Part shown: positions 36,685 through 46,486 of the stretch, in pieces
Numbering within the stretch: position 1 is the first letter of the stretch
Layout of the letters: every line of letters starts with the position of its first letter
Assembly (NCBI GenBank): GCA_963677695.2
Contig: CAXXUJ010000002.1
Location: 484,777 to 548,776, forward strand
Origin: Sphaerochaetaceae bacterium
GTDB lineage: Bacteria; Spirochaetota; Spirochaetia; Sphaerochaetales; Sphaerochaetaceae
DNA: 64,000 nt
Reading direction: 5' to 3'
Translations under genes and position numbers: made by a program
The notes under the pieces: generated by a model
Told to the model about the DNA's origin: nothing
What the model saw: the letters and a program-made list of their open reading frames with translations, nothing else
Databases searched by the model: none

Positions 36685-36951
36685 TTACTTTCTCAGGCCA
36701 AGCTGCTGGATGAGAGTTCTGTATCTGTTGATGTCCTTAAGTCTGATATACTTAAGAAGGCGGCGTCTTTTACCGACCATCTTGAGAAGACCTCTTCTGC
36801 TTGCGTGGTCCTTAGGGTATGCCTTGAAGTGGTCCTGAAGGTCCTTGATCTTTGCAGTAAGAAGGGCTACCTGTACTTCTGCTGAACCTGAATTGGCTTC
36901 ATCTCCACCGTACGTTGCAATAATTTCTTTCTTCTGTTCGCTTGTTAGCAT
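36685..36951 (-). CDS. rpsO: 30S ribosomal protein S15
   Basis: 88 aa. [47 protein letters not shown] is a typical S15 sequence. Confidence 0.97.
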   Translation of the reverse strand: MLTSEQKKEIIATYGGDEANSGSAEVQVALLTAKIKDLQDHFKAYPKDHASRRGLLKMVGKRRRLLKYIRLKDINRYRTLIQQLGLRK

Positions 36952-37808
36952 GTCTGTGCTATCTCCTTTCTAAATTCAAAACTGTCAAACCGTAAGAATT
37001 CGTGAATCACCTTATGCTGTATTGTCTCCTGATCGGGTTCAGAGAAGGTAAAGATAAGTACCTGCTCCGTGACACAGCATGTGCCGCTGAACGTAAGTGA
37101 ACTGCGACCCATTAAAAGGTGTCCTTCATACATCCCCGGTGGCGGCAGGAGCTGCATGAATGATTCTTTCGGCATCTGCAGAGGCCATTCATGTACTCTG
37201 GAAGGGAGGTGGCCCAGGTCCAGTGAATGATATCTGCCAAGCAACTGAGGAACTTCCCCCATGTTGCCATCTAATATCGTCGCACGAACAATCGTGCTGC
37301 TGTCAACGTTCCCGTCTGACAGACGGTACATCGTTGGAACAATCACATCAATGTGAGGCATACTCTTTGCAAGGAAGTGTTTCATTTCCTCGGGACCCGT
37401 GTTTCCATGGTGCCCGCAGCGAAAATTATCGCCGACAACAATTGCCTGTACGTCAAAAATTTGTGTGCATCTCAGGATGAACTGTTCTCCTGACAGTTTA
37501 CTGAAATCAGGGGAAAAGTCAATCACTACTACGATATCGACCTTAAGCAATTCGTACTCTTCCTCTATCTGTCGCATCGATAAAAGCGGCGGTTTCGCGG
37601 TACTGGGAGAGAGCATCATCTTTGGGTTCTGAGCGAAGGTGAATACGACTGTTTTTGTATGTTCCGCCTTCATTGCCAGATCATGTGCAGCAAAGATGAT
37701 TGACTGATGCCCTTTATGAAGCCCGTCAAACACACCGATTGAGATAACCGCTTTCTGGGAAGAGAATTCCCTGGATGCCAGGAGCTGGTCAAAGTCATGA
37801 AATTCCAT
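36945..37808 (-). CDS. ribF: FAD synthetase / riboflavin kinase family protein (RibF); the kinase half is divergent
   Basis: 287 aa. N-terminal FMN adenylyltransferase motifs [11 protein letters not shown] and SSTIVR are present. The C-terminal ~98 aa is shorter than usual, and I cannot find the PTAN motif. Confidence 0.82.
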   Translation of the reverse strand: MEFHDFDQLLASREFSSQKAVISIGVFDGLHKGHQSIIFAAHDLAMKAEHTKTVVFTFAQNPKMMLSPSTAKPPLLSMRQIEEEYELLKVDIVVVIDFSPDFSKLSGEQFILRCTQIFDVQAIVVGDNFRCGHHGNTGPEEMKHFLAKSMPHIDVIVPTMYRLSDGNVDSSTIVRATILDGNMGEVPQLLGRYHSLDLGHLPSRVHEWPLQMPKESFMQLLPPPGMYEGHLLMGRSSLTFSGTCCVTEQVLIFTFSEPDQETIQHKVIHEFLRFDSFEFRKEIAQTC

Positions 37809-38707
37809 CAGTTTCCACCTGCCAGCATGATATTCTTCACAATTCTTGTATCCTGATCTATCTGTGCGATACTGATGACTTTCTTCTCCGTATTATACAC
37901 CAAAGCATAATCAGCACCCTGAGGGATGGAGCTGTCAAGATATTCTTCAATCTCTGGTTTTCTGCCGTAGGATAGAGGTTTCAGAGAATCTTCACCAAGT
38001 ACTATGGAACCGATCGAAGGGAGCATCTGAAGTCTTTCGATACTGCCTGAAGCATGCTCTCTGAGTATATCGGGGCGTTCAGCTGAAACTGCATCAGAAA
38101 GAACATAGGGTCCTATCCTTGTTCTCTGCAGTTCGGTCACATACCCTCGGGAGTCTGCTGCCTGTGCGATATCACGGGCGAGAGAGCGTATATAGGTTCC
38201 TTTCGAACAGCTGATATCAAGGGTAAGGAATGCACCCTCAAAAGAAACGATCTCAATTGAATGGATAGTGACCGGACGGGCGTCAGGAACGATATCTGTT
38301 CTGCCGCTTCGTGCAATTGAGTGTGCACGTTTCCCGTTGATATGGATCGCAGAATAGAGGGGAGGACGCTGACTTATCGTACCGAGGAAGCTGGTGTTGA
38401 TCACTTCTGTGATCTTTTCCCGTGAAGGAATATCGGCCGTGGCGATTACGTCTCCTTCCGGATCGAGCGTATCGGTTTCCTTCCCGAGTTCAATGACTGC
38501 CCTGTACGATTTATCGAGTGAGGAGAATATGGGATTGAGTTTTGTGAATGAGCCTGTGAGCACAATCATAAGACCGTTTGCAAACTTATCAAGCGTACCT
38601 GCATGTCCTGTTTTCTTGTTCACATGTCTTTTAACCGGTGAAAGAGAGGAAAAGCTGGTTACGCCTGAAGGTTTGTTGATGAGCAGAAGAGCTGAAACAG
38701 GATCCAA
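37808..38707 (-). CDS. truB: tRNA pseudouridine(55) synthase
   Basis: 299 aa. KPSGVTSF, GHAGTLDKFANGLMIV (catalytic Asp) and QRPPLYSAIHINGKRA motifs. Confidence 0.92.
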   Translation of the reverse strand: MDPVSALLLINKPSGVTSFSSLSPVKRHVNKKTGHAGTLDKFANGLMIVLTGSFTKLNPIFSSLDKSYRAVIELGKETDTLDPEGDVIATADIPSREKITEVINTSFLGTISQRPPLYSAIHINGKRAHSIARSGRTDIVPDARPVTIHSIEIVSFEGAFLTLDISCSKGTYIRSLARDIAQAADSRGYVTELQRTRIGPYVLSDAVSAERPDILREHASGSIERLQMLPSIGSIVLGEDSLKPLSYGRKPEIEEYLDSSIPQGADYALVYNTEKKVISIAQIDQDTRIVKNIMLAGGN

Positions 38708-38718
38708 GAACGATTCTC

Positions 38719-39072
38719 CTAGTGAAGAGAATCGATGAGGTCGTTGATCCGTTTCGCCTCTGCTATCGATGTGTCGGGTTTGAAAGTGAGATGGGGAGTA
38801 TTCCTGGTTTTCAGAATTTTCCCCAGCCTGCTCTGTATGAACCCTGCAGAATGCTGCAGGGCCTCTACAGATTCTCCGAGAGAACCATCTTCAATGAAAG
38901 AAGAGATATAGACTGTCGCATAGGCCTTATCCTTTGAGAGAACCACATCACTCACTGAGACGAACTGGCTCAGCTTGTGATGTTTGATCTCCTGCGTGAC
39001 AATCATAGTCCCTATGGCTTTCTGTATACGCTGTTCAATGCGTTCGTGTACATGACTACTCATCAGCGACAA
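38719..39072 (-). CDS. rbfA: ribosome-binding factor A
   Basis: 117 aa with a typical RbfA pattern (RIQKAIGTMI...VSVSDVVLSKDKAYATVY...LKTRNTPHLTFKPD). Sits in the conserved infB-rbfA-truB order. Confidence 0.9.
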   Translation of the reverse strand: MSLMSSHVHERIEQRIQKAIGTMIVTQEIKHHKLSQFVSVSDVVLSKDKAYATVYISSFIEDGSLGESVEALQHSAGFIQSRLGKILKTRNTPHLTFKPDTSIAEAKRINDLIDSLH

Positions 39073-41740
39073 GTTTCCTCTTCTTTTCGATCACATCGAT
39101 CACTTCAAGAACATCTTCCGCTCTGAGATCCTGGAAATTCTCAATACCGACACCACATTCGAAGCCTTCAGCCACTTCCTTCGCATCATCCTTGAAACGT
39201 TTGAGTGAACTGATCTTTCCGGTATGGACACGGATCGAGTCACGAATGACATTGACCTGAGCGTTACGTCTGATCTTACCGCTTGTAACATAACAACCTG
39301 CGATAGTTCCGATTTTCGGTACTTTGAAGGTATCACGCACTTCGAGGGTACCGATAATGATCTCGGTTCTCTCTGGAGAGAGCATGCCTTCCATAGCATC
39401 CCTGATATCATCAACTGCATCGTAGATGATGTTGTACTTTCTGATTTCGATCTTTTCCTGCTCTGCAAGAGTCTGTGCCCTGGGAGTAGGTCTGACGTTG
39501 AATCCAAGCACCAGTGCATTGGAAGCGATAGCGAGGTTGATATCGTCTTCGATGATTGCACCGGCAGATGCTCTGATCGCATTCAGCCGTATTTCCTTGT
39601 TGCTCAGTTTCTCAAGAGCATGCTGGACTGCTTCTACAGAACCCTGTACGTCACCCTTGATAATGACATTGAATTCCTGAATTTCACCATCCTGCATTTT
39701 ATCGAAGATATTGTCGAGGGTAACCTTCTTGACATTCTTAGCCTGTCCGAGTCTTTCAAGTTCCTGTCTCTTTGAACCGACCTGTCGTGCCTGCTTTTCA
39801 TTCTCAGTCACCTGGAACGGATCACCAGCACCCGGAATATCTGACAGTCCTGTGATTTCAACAGGAGTTGCAGGTCCTGCTTCAAGGATTCTGTTTCCAT
39901 GGTCATCGGTCATAGCTCTGACTTTACCATGGTAGATACCGGCAACGAAGTTGTCTCCGACTCTCAGTGTCCCCCTTTCGACGATGATCGAGGCAACAAT
40001 ACCGCGTCCCTGGTCGATTCTGCTTTCAAGCACCTTACCTTCTGCTCTTACATCGGCATTGGCGGTGAGTTCAAGCATTTCGGCCTGAAGGAGGATCGTG
40101 TCGAGAAGTTCCTCAATACCGATTCTCTTCAATGCGGAGAGTTCACAGAAGAGGGTATCACCACCCCAGTCTTCAGGCATGAGACCATGCTCTGAAAGCT
40201 GCTGTTTCACTCTGTCCACATTCGCGTCATGAAGGTCGATCTTGTTGACCGCAACGATGATGGGTACCTTCGCTGCTTTGGCATGGTCGATCGCTTCTTT
40301 TGTCTGAGGCATGACGCCGTCATTCGCAGCAACAACAAGAACAACGATATCGGTCACCTGTGCTCCACGGGCTCTCATCATGGTGAAGGCTGCGTGTCCG
40401 GGGGTGTCAAGGAATACGATATCACCCTTATGGGGAAGCGACACCTTGTACGCACCGATATGCTGGGTGATACCACCGAACTCGCCTGCAACAACATCCG
40501 TACTTCTGATAGCATCGAGAAGTTTCGTTTTACCATGGTCAACGTGACCCATGATGGTAACGATAGGTGCGCGCGGGCTGAGATCTTCTTCAATATCATC
40601 TTCAGTCTGGATAAGAGTTTCATCATAGAGTGAAACGATATTGACTTCACAGTTATATTCGTTGGCAATAATGGTTGCAACATCTGAATCAATCTGCTGG
40701 TTGATGGTGACCATCATTCCCATTTCAAACAGTTTCGCAATCACTTCATTTGCCTTGAGATTCATCTTCTTGGCAAGGTCAGCGACTGTAATGACATCCA
40801 TGATATCAATCTTCTTGGGAACAGGATTTGCTCTGTGTACATCCTTCTTCTTGATTGAGAAGTTCTTTTCAGTCTCTTTATCCCGCTTGGTGAAGTTCTT
40901 CTTCTTGCGGAAGACCTTTTTTCCGGGCTTCGGAAGATCTGAAGGTGCAGGAGATTCGGACCGGGGGGTAAATCCGCCGGGACGGGGACCGCCTGTTCTC
41001 GGAGGTCTAGGACCGGTGGGACGACCGCCTTCACCTGGTCTTCCGGGTCCATTGTTGTATCTTCTCGGACCACCGGGACCGCCGGGACCACCTGTTCTGG
41101 GAGGTCTGTCACCTTGCTGACGAGGATTATAACCGCCTACCTGCCCTACTTTTCTCGGGCCGGTACCGACTGGACGTTTCGCGTCTGGATTCGGATTGGT
41201 CTTTCTCCACTCCACGTGTGCCTGTGCATTCTGTCCCTGACCGGGAACTGGAGGAAGATTCTTCGGATCAATCACCTTGATAGTGGAAACACCTGCGCCC
41301 TTGGTCTTGCTGAACGGTTCATGGATCTTTCGTCTCACCGTGGCATGTGCTGCAGGAGCTGTGGAAGTCCTCTGTTGAGGTCTTTCAGTACCCTGAGACG
41401 ATCTTTCGGTTCTCTGTGGAGCTCTCTGAGGCGCTCCTCCAGTATTCTGAGGCGCTCTATCTGTTCTCTGCTGCTGAGGTGCAGGGGAGACAGGTTTTTC
41501 AACCTTTGTTTCCACCGGAGCACTTACTTCAGGCTTGCGAACTTCTTCGGGGGCAGCTGCCTGGGGTTCTACATGTTTTGCCTGTGGCTTCACCACAACA
41601 ACCCGTTTTTTTACAACAACGACTTTTTTCTTTTCCACATGCTTCGGATGCGTAGAAGGTTTTTGGGCCTGAGATTCTTCAGAGGTCGTTTTTGCCTGTT
41701 TAATCAGGGTTGTTTTTGGCTTATTCATTTCTTCACTCAT
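39056..41740 (-). CDS. infB: translation initiation factor IF-2
   Basis: 894 aa. GTPase motifs [17 protein letters not shown] and NKID. The N-terminal third is P/G/R-rich low complexity. Confidence 0.97.
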   Translation of the reverse strand: MSEEMNKPKTTLIKQAKTTSEESQAQKPSTHPKHVEKKKVVVVKKRVVVVKPQAKHVEPQAAAPEEVRKPEVSAPVETKVEKPVSPAPQQQRTDRAPQNTGGAPQRAPQRTERSSQGTERPQQRTSTAPAAHATVRRKIHEPFSKTKGAGVSTIKVIDPKNLPPVPGQGQNAQAHVEWRKTNPNPDAKRPVGTGPRKVGQVGGYNPRQQGDRPPRTGGPGGPGGPRRYNNGPGRPGEGGRPTGPRPPRTGGPRPGGFTPRSESPAPSDLPKPGKKVFRKKKNFTKRDKETEKNFSIKKKDVHRANPVPKKIDIMDVITVADLAKKMNLKANEVIAKLFEMGMMVTINQQIDSDVATIIANEYNCEVNIVSLYDETLIQTEDDIEEDLSPRAPIVTIMGHVDHGKTKLLDAIRSTDVVAGEFGGITQHIGAYKVSLPHKGDIVFLDTPGHAAFTMMRARGAQVTDIVVLVVAANDGVMPQTKEAIDHAKAAKVPIIVAVNKIDLHDANVDRVKQQLSEHGLMPEDWGGDTLFCELSALKRIGIEELLDTILLQAEMLELTANADVRAEGKVLESRIDQGRGIVASIIVERGTLRVGDNFVAGIYHGKVRAMTDDHGNRILEAGPATPVEITGLSDIPGAGDPFQVTENEKQARQVGSKRQELERLGQAKNVKKVTLDNIFDKMQDGEIQEFNVIIKGDVQGSVEAVQHALEKLSNKEIRLNAIRASAGAIIEDDINLAIASNALVLGFNVRPTPRAQTLAEQEKIEIRKYNIIYDAVDDIRDAMEGMLSPERTEIIIGTLEVRDTFKVPKIGTIAGCYVTSGKIRRNAQVNVIRDSIRVHTGKISSLKRFKDDAKEVAEGFECGVGIENFQDLRAEDVLEVIDVIEKKRKLVADE

Positions 41741-41752
41741 AGTTAATCGTCA

Positions 41753-43237
41753 TTACTCCTCATCAACTTCGACTACTTCGAAACTCAGTCCTACTCCGCA
41801 GGATGGGCACTGGGTCATCTCAGGAGTGAGTGCCGCACCGCATTCGGGACAGGCAAACTCCTGAATCTCTTCTTCGGAAGGTTCCTCTTCTACGATATCA
41901 ACATACTCTGAGAGCAGCTGCATTGCTTCACTTACTTCTTCTGCTGTAATGTTTTCGAAACTGCTGATCTCTTCCTCGGTAAGGTTGACGAACTCTTCTA
42001 CCGTGTAGATATCGTAGTAATGAAGCTTTTCAATCAGTTCAGTCTTGAACCCTTCAATATCTTCAAGCATGAATTCCTGATCTTCTTCAAATACTTCTTC
42101 AAATACTTCTTCATACTCTTCGACATACTGCTCTTCTCCATTGAACAGCGCATCGATTCTTTCCCGAGTTTCAGAATCAAAGTCGATCTCACGGTACTGG
42201 TCAACAGTCTTCACATCAATGATCCAGTCGACAAGCTTGTTTGCCAGACGCACATTGATACCCTGTTTACCGATCGCAAGTGAGAGCTGAGAATCATCAA
42301 CAACAGCGATTGCCGTTCTCTTCGCCTCATCGACCACAAGTACCTTCTTTACGTCTGCAGGTGAAAGAGAGTTCTTTATGTACTCGATGGGGTTGGGATC
42401 ATACCTGAGAACGTCAATCCTCTCCCCTTCCATCTCTCTCATAATAGTCTGAACTCTGATTCCCTTCAACCCGACACAGGCACCAACCGGGTCAAGATCA
42501 TTTCTATGTGAGAATACGGCAATCTTGGTTCTGTAACCGGGTTCCCGTACGATCTTGTGAATTTCAATTGAATGGTCATAGATTTCAGGTACTTCAAGTT
42601 CAAACAGTTTCCGTACAAATTCCGGATGAGTCCTGCTCAGTTCAACCCGCGGATTTCCCTTCTCGGGTTTCTCCACTCTGAATACGTAACATTTGATCTT
42701 ATCGTTTTTCTTGTATGCCTCACGGGGAGACTGGAAGGCCTTCGGAAGGATACCTTCGATTTTACCGAGATCGATGATCATGTCACCACGTTCACTCTCT
42801 CTCTGGTAATAACCGATGATCATTTCACCCTCTTTCGCCTTGTATTCAGCATAGATGGTATTGTTCTGAATCTCTCTGAGTTCCTGACGTGCCTTCTGCT
42901 TTGCGCTTTGAACACTGATTCTGTCAAAGGTCTGAGGATTGATAGAAATCTGAAGCTTATCACCGATATCACAGTTCGGTTCGAATTCACGGGCATCTGA
43001 AAGGGAAATTTCATCATGCATGCCGTCAAAGTCATCGTCATCAACAATTTCTTTGATAGCGAACAGTTCCACAGTGTCTGCTTCTTCATTGAATTCGACA
43101 ACGGCATTATCGCTTGTTCCGTATTTTCTCTTATATGCGGCAAGAAGCACATCCTTGACTGTCTCAATAACGACATCCTTCGCTATACCGCGTTCATTTA
43201 CGAGGTTTCTGATTGCCTCACTCAATTCACTGGACAT
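41753..43237 (-). CDS. nusA: transcription termination/antitermination factor NusA with an acidic C-terminal extension ending in a zinc ribbon
   Basis: I prefer the Met at 43237 (MSSELSEAIRNL...), which has a TAATG overlap with the rimP stop and GGGAGGA upstream. S1 and two KH domains are present (VGACVGLKGIRVQTI, AIGKQGINVRLA). The C-terminus carries CPECGAALTPEMTQCPSCG. Confidence 0.95.
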   Translation of the reverse strand: MSSELSEAIRNLVNERGIAKDVVIETVKDVLLAAYKRKYGTSDNAVVEFNEEADTVELFAIKEIVDDDDFDGMHDEISLSDAREFEPNCDIGDKLQISINPQTFDRISVQSAKQKARQELREIQNNTIYAEYKAKEGEMIIGYYQRESERGDMIIDLGKIEGILPKAFQSPREAYKKNDKIKCYVFRVEKPEKGNPRVELSRTHPEFVRKLFELEVPEIYDHSIEIHKIVREPGYRTKIAVFSHRNDLDPVGACVGLKGIRVQTIMREMEGERIDVLRYDPNPIEYIKNSLSPADVKKVLVVDEAKRTAIAVVDDSQLSLAIGKQGINVRLANKLVDWIIDVKTVDQYREIDFDSETRERIDALFNGEEQYVEEYEEVFEEVFEEDQEFMLEDIEGFKTELIEKLHYYDIYTVEEFVNLTEEEISSFENITAEEVSEAMQLLSEYVDIVEEEPSEEEIQEFACPECGAALTPEMTQCPSCGVGLSFEVVEVDEE

Positions 43238-43722
43238 TATGAAATATCCTCCCATCCATATGCAAGTTTTGCCTTGTGTATCTGGCTGTACTGTATCGTG
43301 TAAGAAGCGAACTTCTCTTTTGTATCTTCACCCTGGGCATTGGTCAATGTCACAGAGGTATCATCACACTCTGAGATCATTCCCCTGACCCATTCACTTC
43401 GATCGCTGTAGACCCGGCACATATTGTTTGTAAAGATTGTAAACTCTCCGGCATCCTTCAAAGACCGGGTGATTCCTGGAGTGGACACTTCCATATCAAG
43501 GTCCCTGTCCCCTTCAATGAGGGTGAGACGGGTCTGAAGCATTCTGTGCACGTTTTCACAATCCTTGATGGTCGCTTTGTTCTCACTGTTCGTGATCGTT
43601 ATCCGATAACGGACAGATGCTCCGTAACGGTCTTTTGTAACCTCGACAAGGGTAAGACCGAGAGCCTTCACCAACGGTTCCAATGCGATATAATCTGGCT
43701 GTTCAAACAATCTGTTTTCCAT
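43237..43722 (-). CDS. rimP: ribosome maturation factor RimP
   Basis: The Met at 43722 (MENRLFEQPDYIALEPLVKALGLTLVEV...) is preceded by GGAGA at a 5-nt spacing. The ORF-track start at 43806 would run through the promoter and leader. Sits in the conserved rimP-nusA-infB order. Confidence 0.85.
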   Translation of the reverse strand: MENRLFEQPDYIALEPLVKALGLTLVEVTKDRYGASVRYRITITNSENKATIKDCENVHRMLQTRLTLIEGDRDLDMEVSTPGITRSLKDAGEFTIFTNNMCRVYSDRSEWVRGMISECDDTSVTLTNAQGEDTKEKFASYTIQYSQIHKAKLAYGWEDIS

Positions 43723-43732
43723 ATTTCTCCAT

Positions 43733-43761
43733 AAAAAAGGGATCCGCTTTTCGGCGATCCC
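43733..43761 (-). promoter_or_regulatory. terminator-like hairpin plus U6 in the rimP-nusA leader
   Basis: Minus-strand RNA is GGGAUC-GC-CGAAAA-GC-G-GAUCCC: 6 bp, a 1-nt bulge, then 2 bp. It is followed immediately by UUUUUU, then the SD (GGAGA) and the rimP ATG. Confidence 0.45.
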
Positions 43762-43790
43762 AGATTTTAAAGTACTACTCTGTATGGGAA

Positions 43791-43819
43791 ATAATAGTCC
43801 ATCCACATACTTTAGTCAA
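43791..43819 (-). promoter_or_regulatory. sigma70-type promoter of the rimP-nusA-infB operon
   Basis: On the minus strand: TTGACT (43819-43814), a 17-nt spacer, then TATTAT (43796-43791). It lies about 70 nt upstream of the rimP ATG. Confidence 0.5.
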
Positions 43820-43885
43820 TGGACAGGGTTGTCAAATTGCTCTGAAATAGCCCATGAGACATAATAAAAACCACAATTTTGAAGA

Positions 43886-46468
43886 TTATTCATCCTCTTC
43901 AACCATTTTCTTGAGAGAAGCGACGAAGTTCATCGTATCGACCGGAGTCACATTATCAAGAGGATATGATCTGATCATCTCGATGACCGGGTGCTCCTCC
44001 CCCTCCGCAGGGGAAGCAAACAGGTCAAGCTGACCTTCATTCAGTGAGAGTGCATAAGATGCATAGTGTTCTCTCTGGAACTGAAGGGCTCTTGACAGCA
44101 CATCTTTCGGCATCCCGGCAAGCTGTGCGACGTGAAGTCCGTAGGAACTGTCTGCACTTCCTTCTATGAGTTTCCTCAGGAAGATGATTTTTTTCTTCTG
44201 TTCCCTGACAGCCAGGGTCAGCAGCTGCATGGAAGAGGTATCCATCATTGTCAGTTCATGGTAATGGGTAGCAAAGAGGGTATTGATTCCCTTCTCTTCC
44301 AGCGTCCTCATCACTGAATAGGCTATGGAGAGTCCGTCCTGTGTGCTGGTGCCTCTCCCTATTTCATCCATGATGATGAGGGACCTGTCAGTTGCGTTCC
44401 TGAGAATGTAGGCTGCTTCCTGCATTTCGATGAGGAAGGTGGATTCGCCCCGTGCGAGGTTGTCGCTTGCACCGACTCTACAGAAAACCGCATCACTTAG
44501 GGGGATGACGGCCCGTGAAGCCGGTACGTACGAACCGATGTGGGCAAGTATGATAATGAGTGCGTTCTGTCGCAGGTAGGTTGATTTTCCTGCCATATTG
44601 GGTCCTGTGATAAGAGCGAGCCTCTTTTTTTCATTATTCAGGTACAGCGGGTTTGCGATGAATGTTCCCTGAGGAAGGAACTGCTCGACAACGGGATGCC
44701 TTCCTTCCTCAATTAAAATATCCTGTGATTCGCTGAGAAGCGGTCTGGCAAAAGAACGTCGTACTGCTGTGTACGAGAAACTCTGAATACAGTCGATCTC
44801 GCTGAGAAGCCGCCCTATTTTGTAAATCGGGGTTATGTTCGCTTTTACCTGTTCAACCAGAGCACCGAACAGCTGCATTTCAAGATCGGCACAGCTCTTC
44901 TGGGAAGCGTTGATCTCTCCTTCCAGTCTCATAAGTTCTTCGGTGGTATATCTCTCTGAATTCACGAGCGTCTGCTTGCGGAAGAAGCTGGAAGGGACTT
45001 TAGCACTATGGGTCTTAGTGATCTCCATGTAGTGACCGATGATCTTGTTGTAGGAAAGCTTGATCTGGGGAATATCATACTCGTTCTTCAATTCTGTCAC
45101 GTAGGAGGCAATCTCATCGCTCCCGCTGTTCATCAGGTGCCGGAGAGAATCAAGCTTTTCATCATACCCGTCCTGGATGATGGAGTGAGGTGTAAATAAT
45201 GAACTCACCTGTGGCGAGATCGCTTTTGTAAGAATCTGTGAGAGAGCTAGAAGCTGATCTATTTCACCCTTTTCCATCTCTACTGAAAATTGTTCGAGAT
45301 ACATCTCAGTATGTTCACTGATGATCGTGAAAAAATGGGTAAGAGTTGAAGAGAGGGTCAGAAGATCTAAAGGCGTGTGACGCCCAAGAGAGACCCTGCT
45401 GATGATTCTCATCACATCCCGTGTCTCTTTCAGGAGAGAACGGATCCGATGGTGTTCTTCCCCGTTCTCAATGAACCACTGCACTCTCTCCTGCCTTTTC
45501 TCTATCGCTGTACTCGATCGCAGCGGCTGCTGGATCCACTCCTGCAGAAGGCGGGAGCCACTTGAGGAAACCGTATCGTTGATGGAAGAAAAAAGAGTCA
45601 TTCTTGAAGAGGAGTCCTGAAGGTTGTTCAGAAGTTCCAGATTCCTTCTGCTCGATTCATCGATTGAGAGAAACTCATTCTCTCTTATATGAGTAAGAGA
45701 CTGAAGGTGGGAAAGGGGCTGTTTTGCGGTGTGTTCGATATAATAGAGGAGTGCACCGCTGGCTGCTAAAGAAACATCGTCGTGAGAAAGGGAAAAGGCA
45801 TTCAGGTTCAATACCTGAAAGGCCTCAGTAATTTTTTCAAACCCCTTCTGCCTTGAAAAATGCCAGGAAGGAAGACGGTTCACCATGAGACCTTTCTCTT
45901 CAAATACAGCTTTCAGGGCAGGATGGGTATCAAGCAGGTCATCATCGATCACTATCTCTCGGATACTGAGCTGTTCGAGCAGGGTGCGCAGTGAATGGAA
46001 CGTACGTTCGAAAGCCAGCTCAGCGGTATAGAAAGAGAGTGAGGATACATCACAGTATGCAACACTGAATGCATTATCGATGATCGTACAGGCAAGAATA
46101 TAACTGGTGTGAATATCATCGAGGAATTCGTCCTCGACAACTGTGCCCGGGGTAATGACTTGCACGACTTCCCTTTCTGCGATTGCACCGGGTCCTTCGG
46201 GCATTTTCGTCTGCTCGCAGATCGCTATTTTCTTTCCCTCATCCAACAGGCGTTTCAGATAGGTTTTTGCAGCATGGTACGGGATACCGCACATCGGGTT
46301 CCCGTTCCGTTTGGTAAGGGTAAGGTTAAGGATTCGGGATACTTCAACGGCATCCTCCATGAACATCTCGTAGAAATCACCAAGACGGAAGAAGAGTACC
46401 TCATCTTTATATTCTTCCTTGATCGAGAGGTACTGTTTCATCATTGGAGTCACATTGGGTTCGCTCAT
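43886..46468 (-). CDS. mutS: DNA mismatch repair protein MutS
   Basis: 860 aa. TPMMKQYLSIKEEYKDEVLFFRLGDFYEMF N-terminus, Walker A GPNMAGKSTYLRQ, and DEIGRGTST. Confidence 0.97.
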   Translation of the reverse strand: MSEPNVTPMMKQYLSIKEEYKDEVLFFRLGDFYEMFMEDAVEVSRILNLTLTKRNGNPMCGIPYHAAKTYLKRLLDEGKKIAICEQTKMPEGPGAIAEREVVQVITPGTVVEDEFLDDIHTSYILACTIIDNAFSVAYCDVSSLSFYTAELAFERTFHSLRTLLEQLSIREIVIDDDLLDTHPALKAVFEEKGLMVNRLPSWHFSRQKGFEKITEAFQVLNLNAFSLSHDDVSLAASGALLYYIEHTAKQPLSHLQSLTHIRENEFLSIDESSRRNLELLNNLQDSSSRMTLFSSINDTVSSSGSRLLQEWIQQPLRSSTAIEKRQERVQWFIENGEEHHRIRSLLKETRDVMRIISRVSLGRHTPLDLLTLSSTLTHFFTIISEHTEMYLEQFSVEMEKGEIDQLLALSQILTKAISPQVSSLFTPHSIIQDGYDEKLDSLRHLMNSGSDEIASYVTELKNEYDIPQIKLSYNKIIGHYMEITKTHSAKVPSSFFRKQTLVNSERYTTEELMRLEGEINASQKSCADLEMQLFGALVEQVKANITPIYKIGRLLSEIDCIQSFSYTAVRRSFARPLLSESQDILIEEGRHPVVEQFLPQGTFIANPLYLNNEKKRLALITGPNMAGKSTYLRQNALIIILAHIGSYVPASRAVIPLSDAVFCRVGASDNLARGESTFLIEMQEAAYILRNATDRSLIIMDEIGRGTSTQDGLSIAYSVMRTLEEKGINTLFATHYHELTMMDTSSMQLLTLAVREQKKKIIFLRKLIEGSADSSYGLHVAQLAGMPKDVLSRALQFQREHYASYALSLNEGQLDLFASPAEGEEHPVIEMIRSYPLDNVTPVDTMNFVASLKKMVEEDE

Positions 46469-46486
46469 CCTTCTCCCTTCATGGAA

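Noticed and set aside
40641-41746. Several plus-strand ORFs (159 aa, 210 aa, 102 aa) opposite the 5' third of infB, with a G/P/R-rich translation.
   Set aside because: They are antisense or alternative-frame readings of the P/G/R-rich low-complexity N-terminus of IF-2. The sense gene is secure.
42085-42118. A tandem 12-nt repeat, CTTCAAATACTT x2 plus a partial third copy.
   Set aside because: It is an in-frame micro-duplication encoding EEVFEEVFEE in the acidic NusA linker. It is not a CRISPR-like or regulatory repeat.
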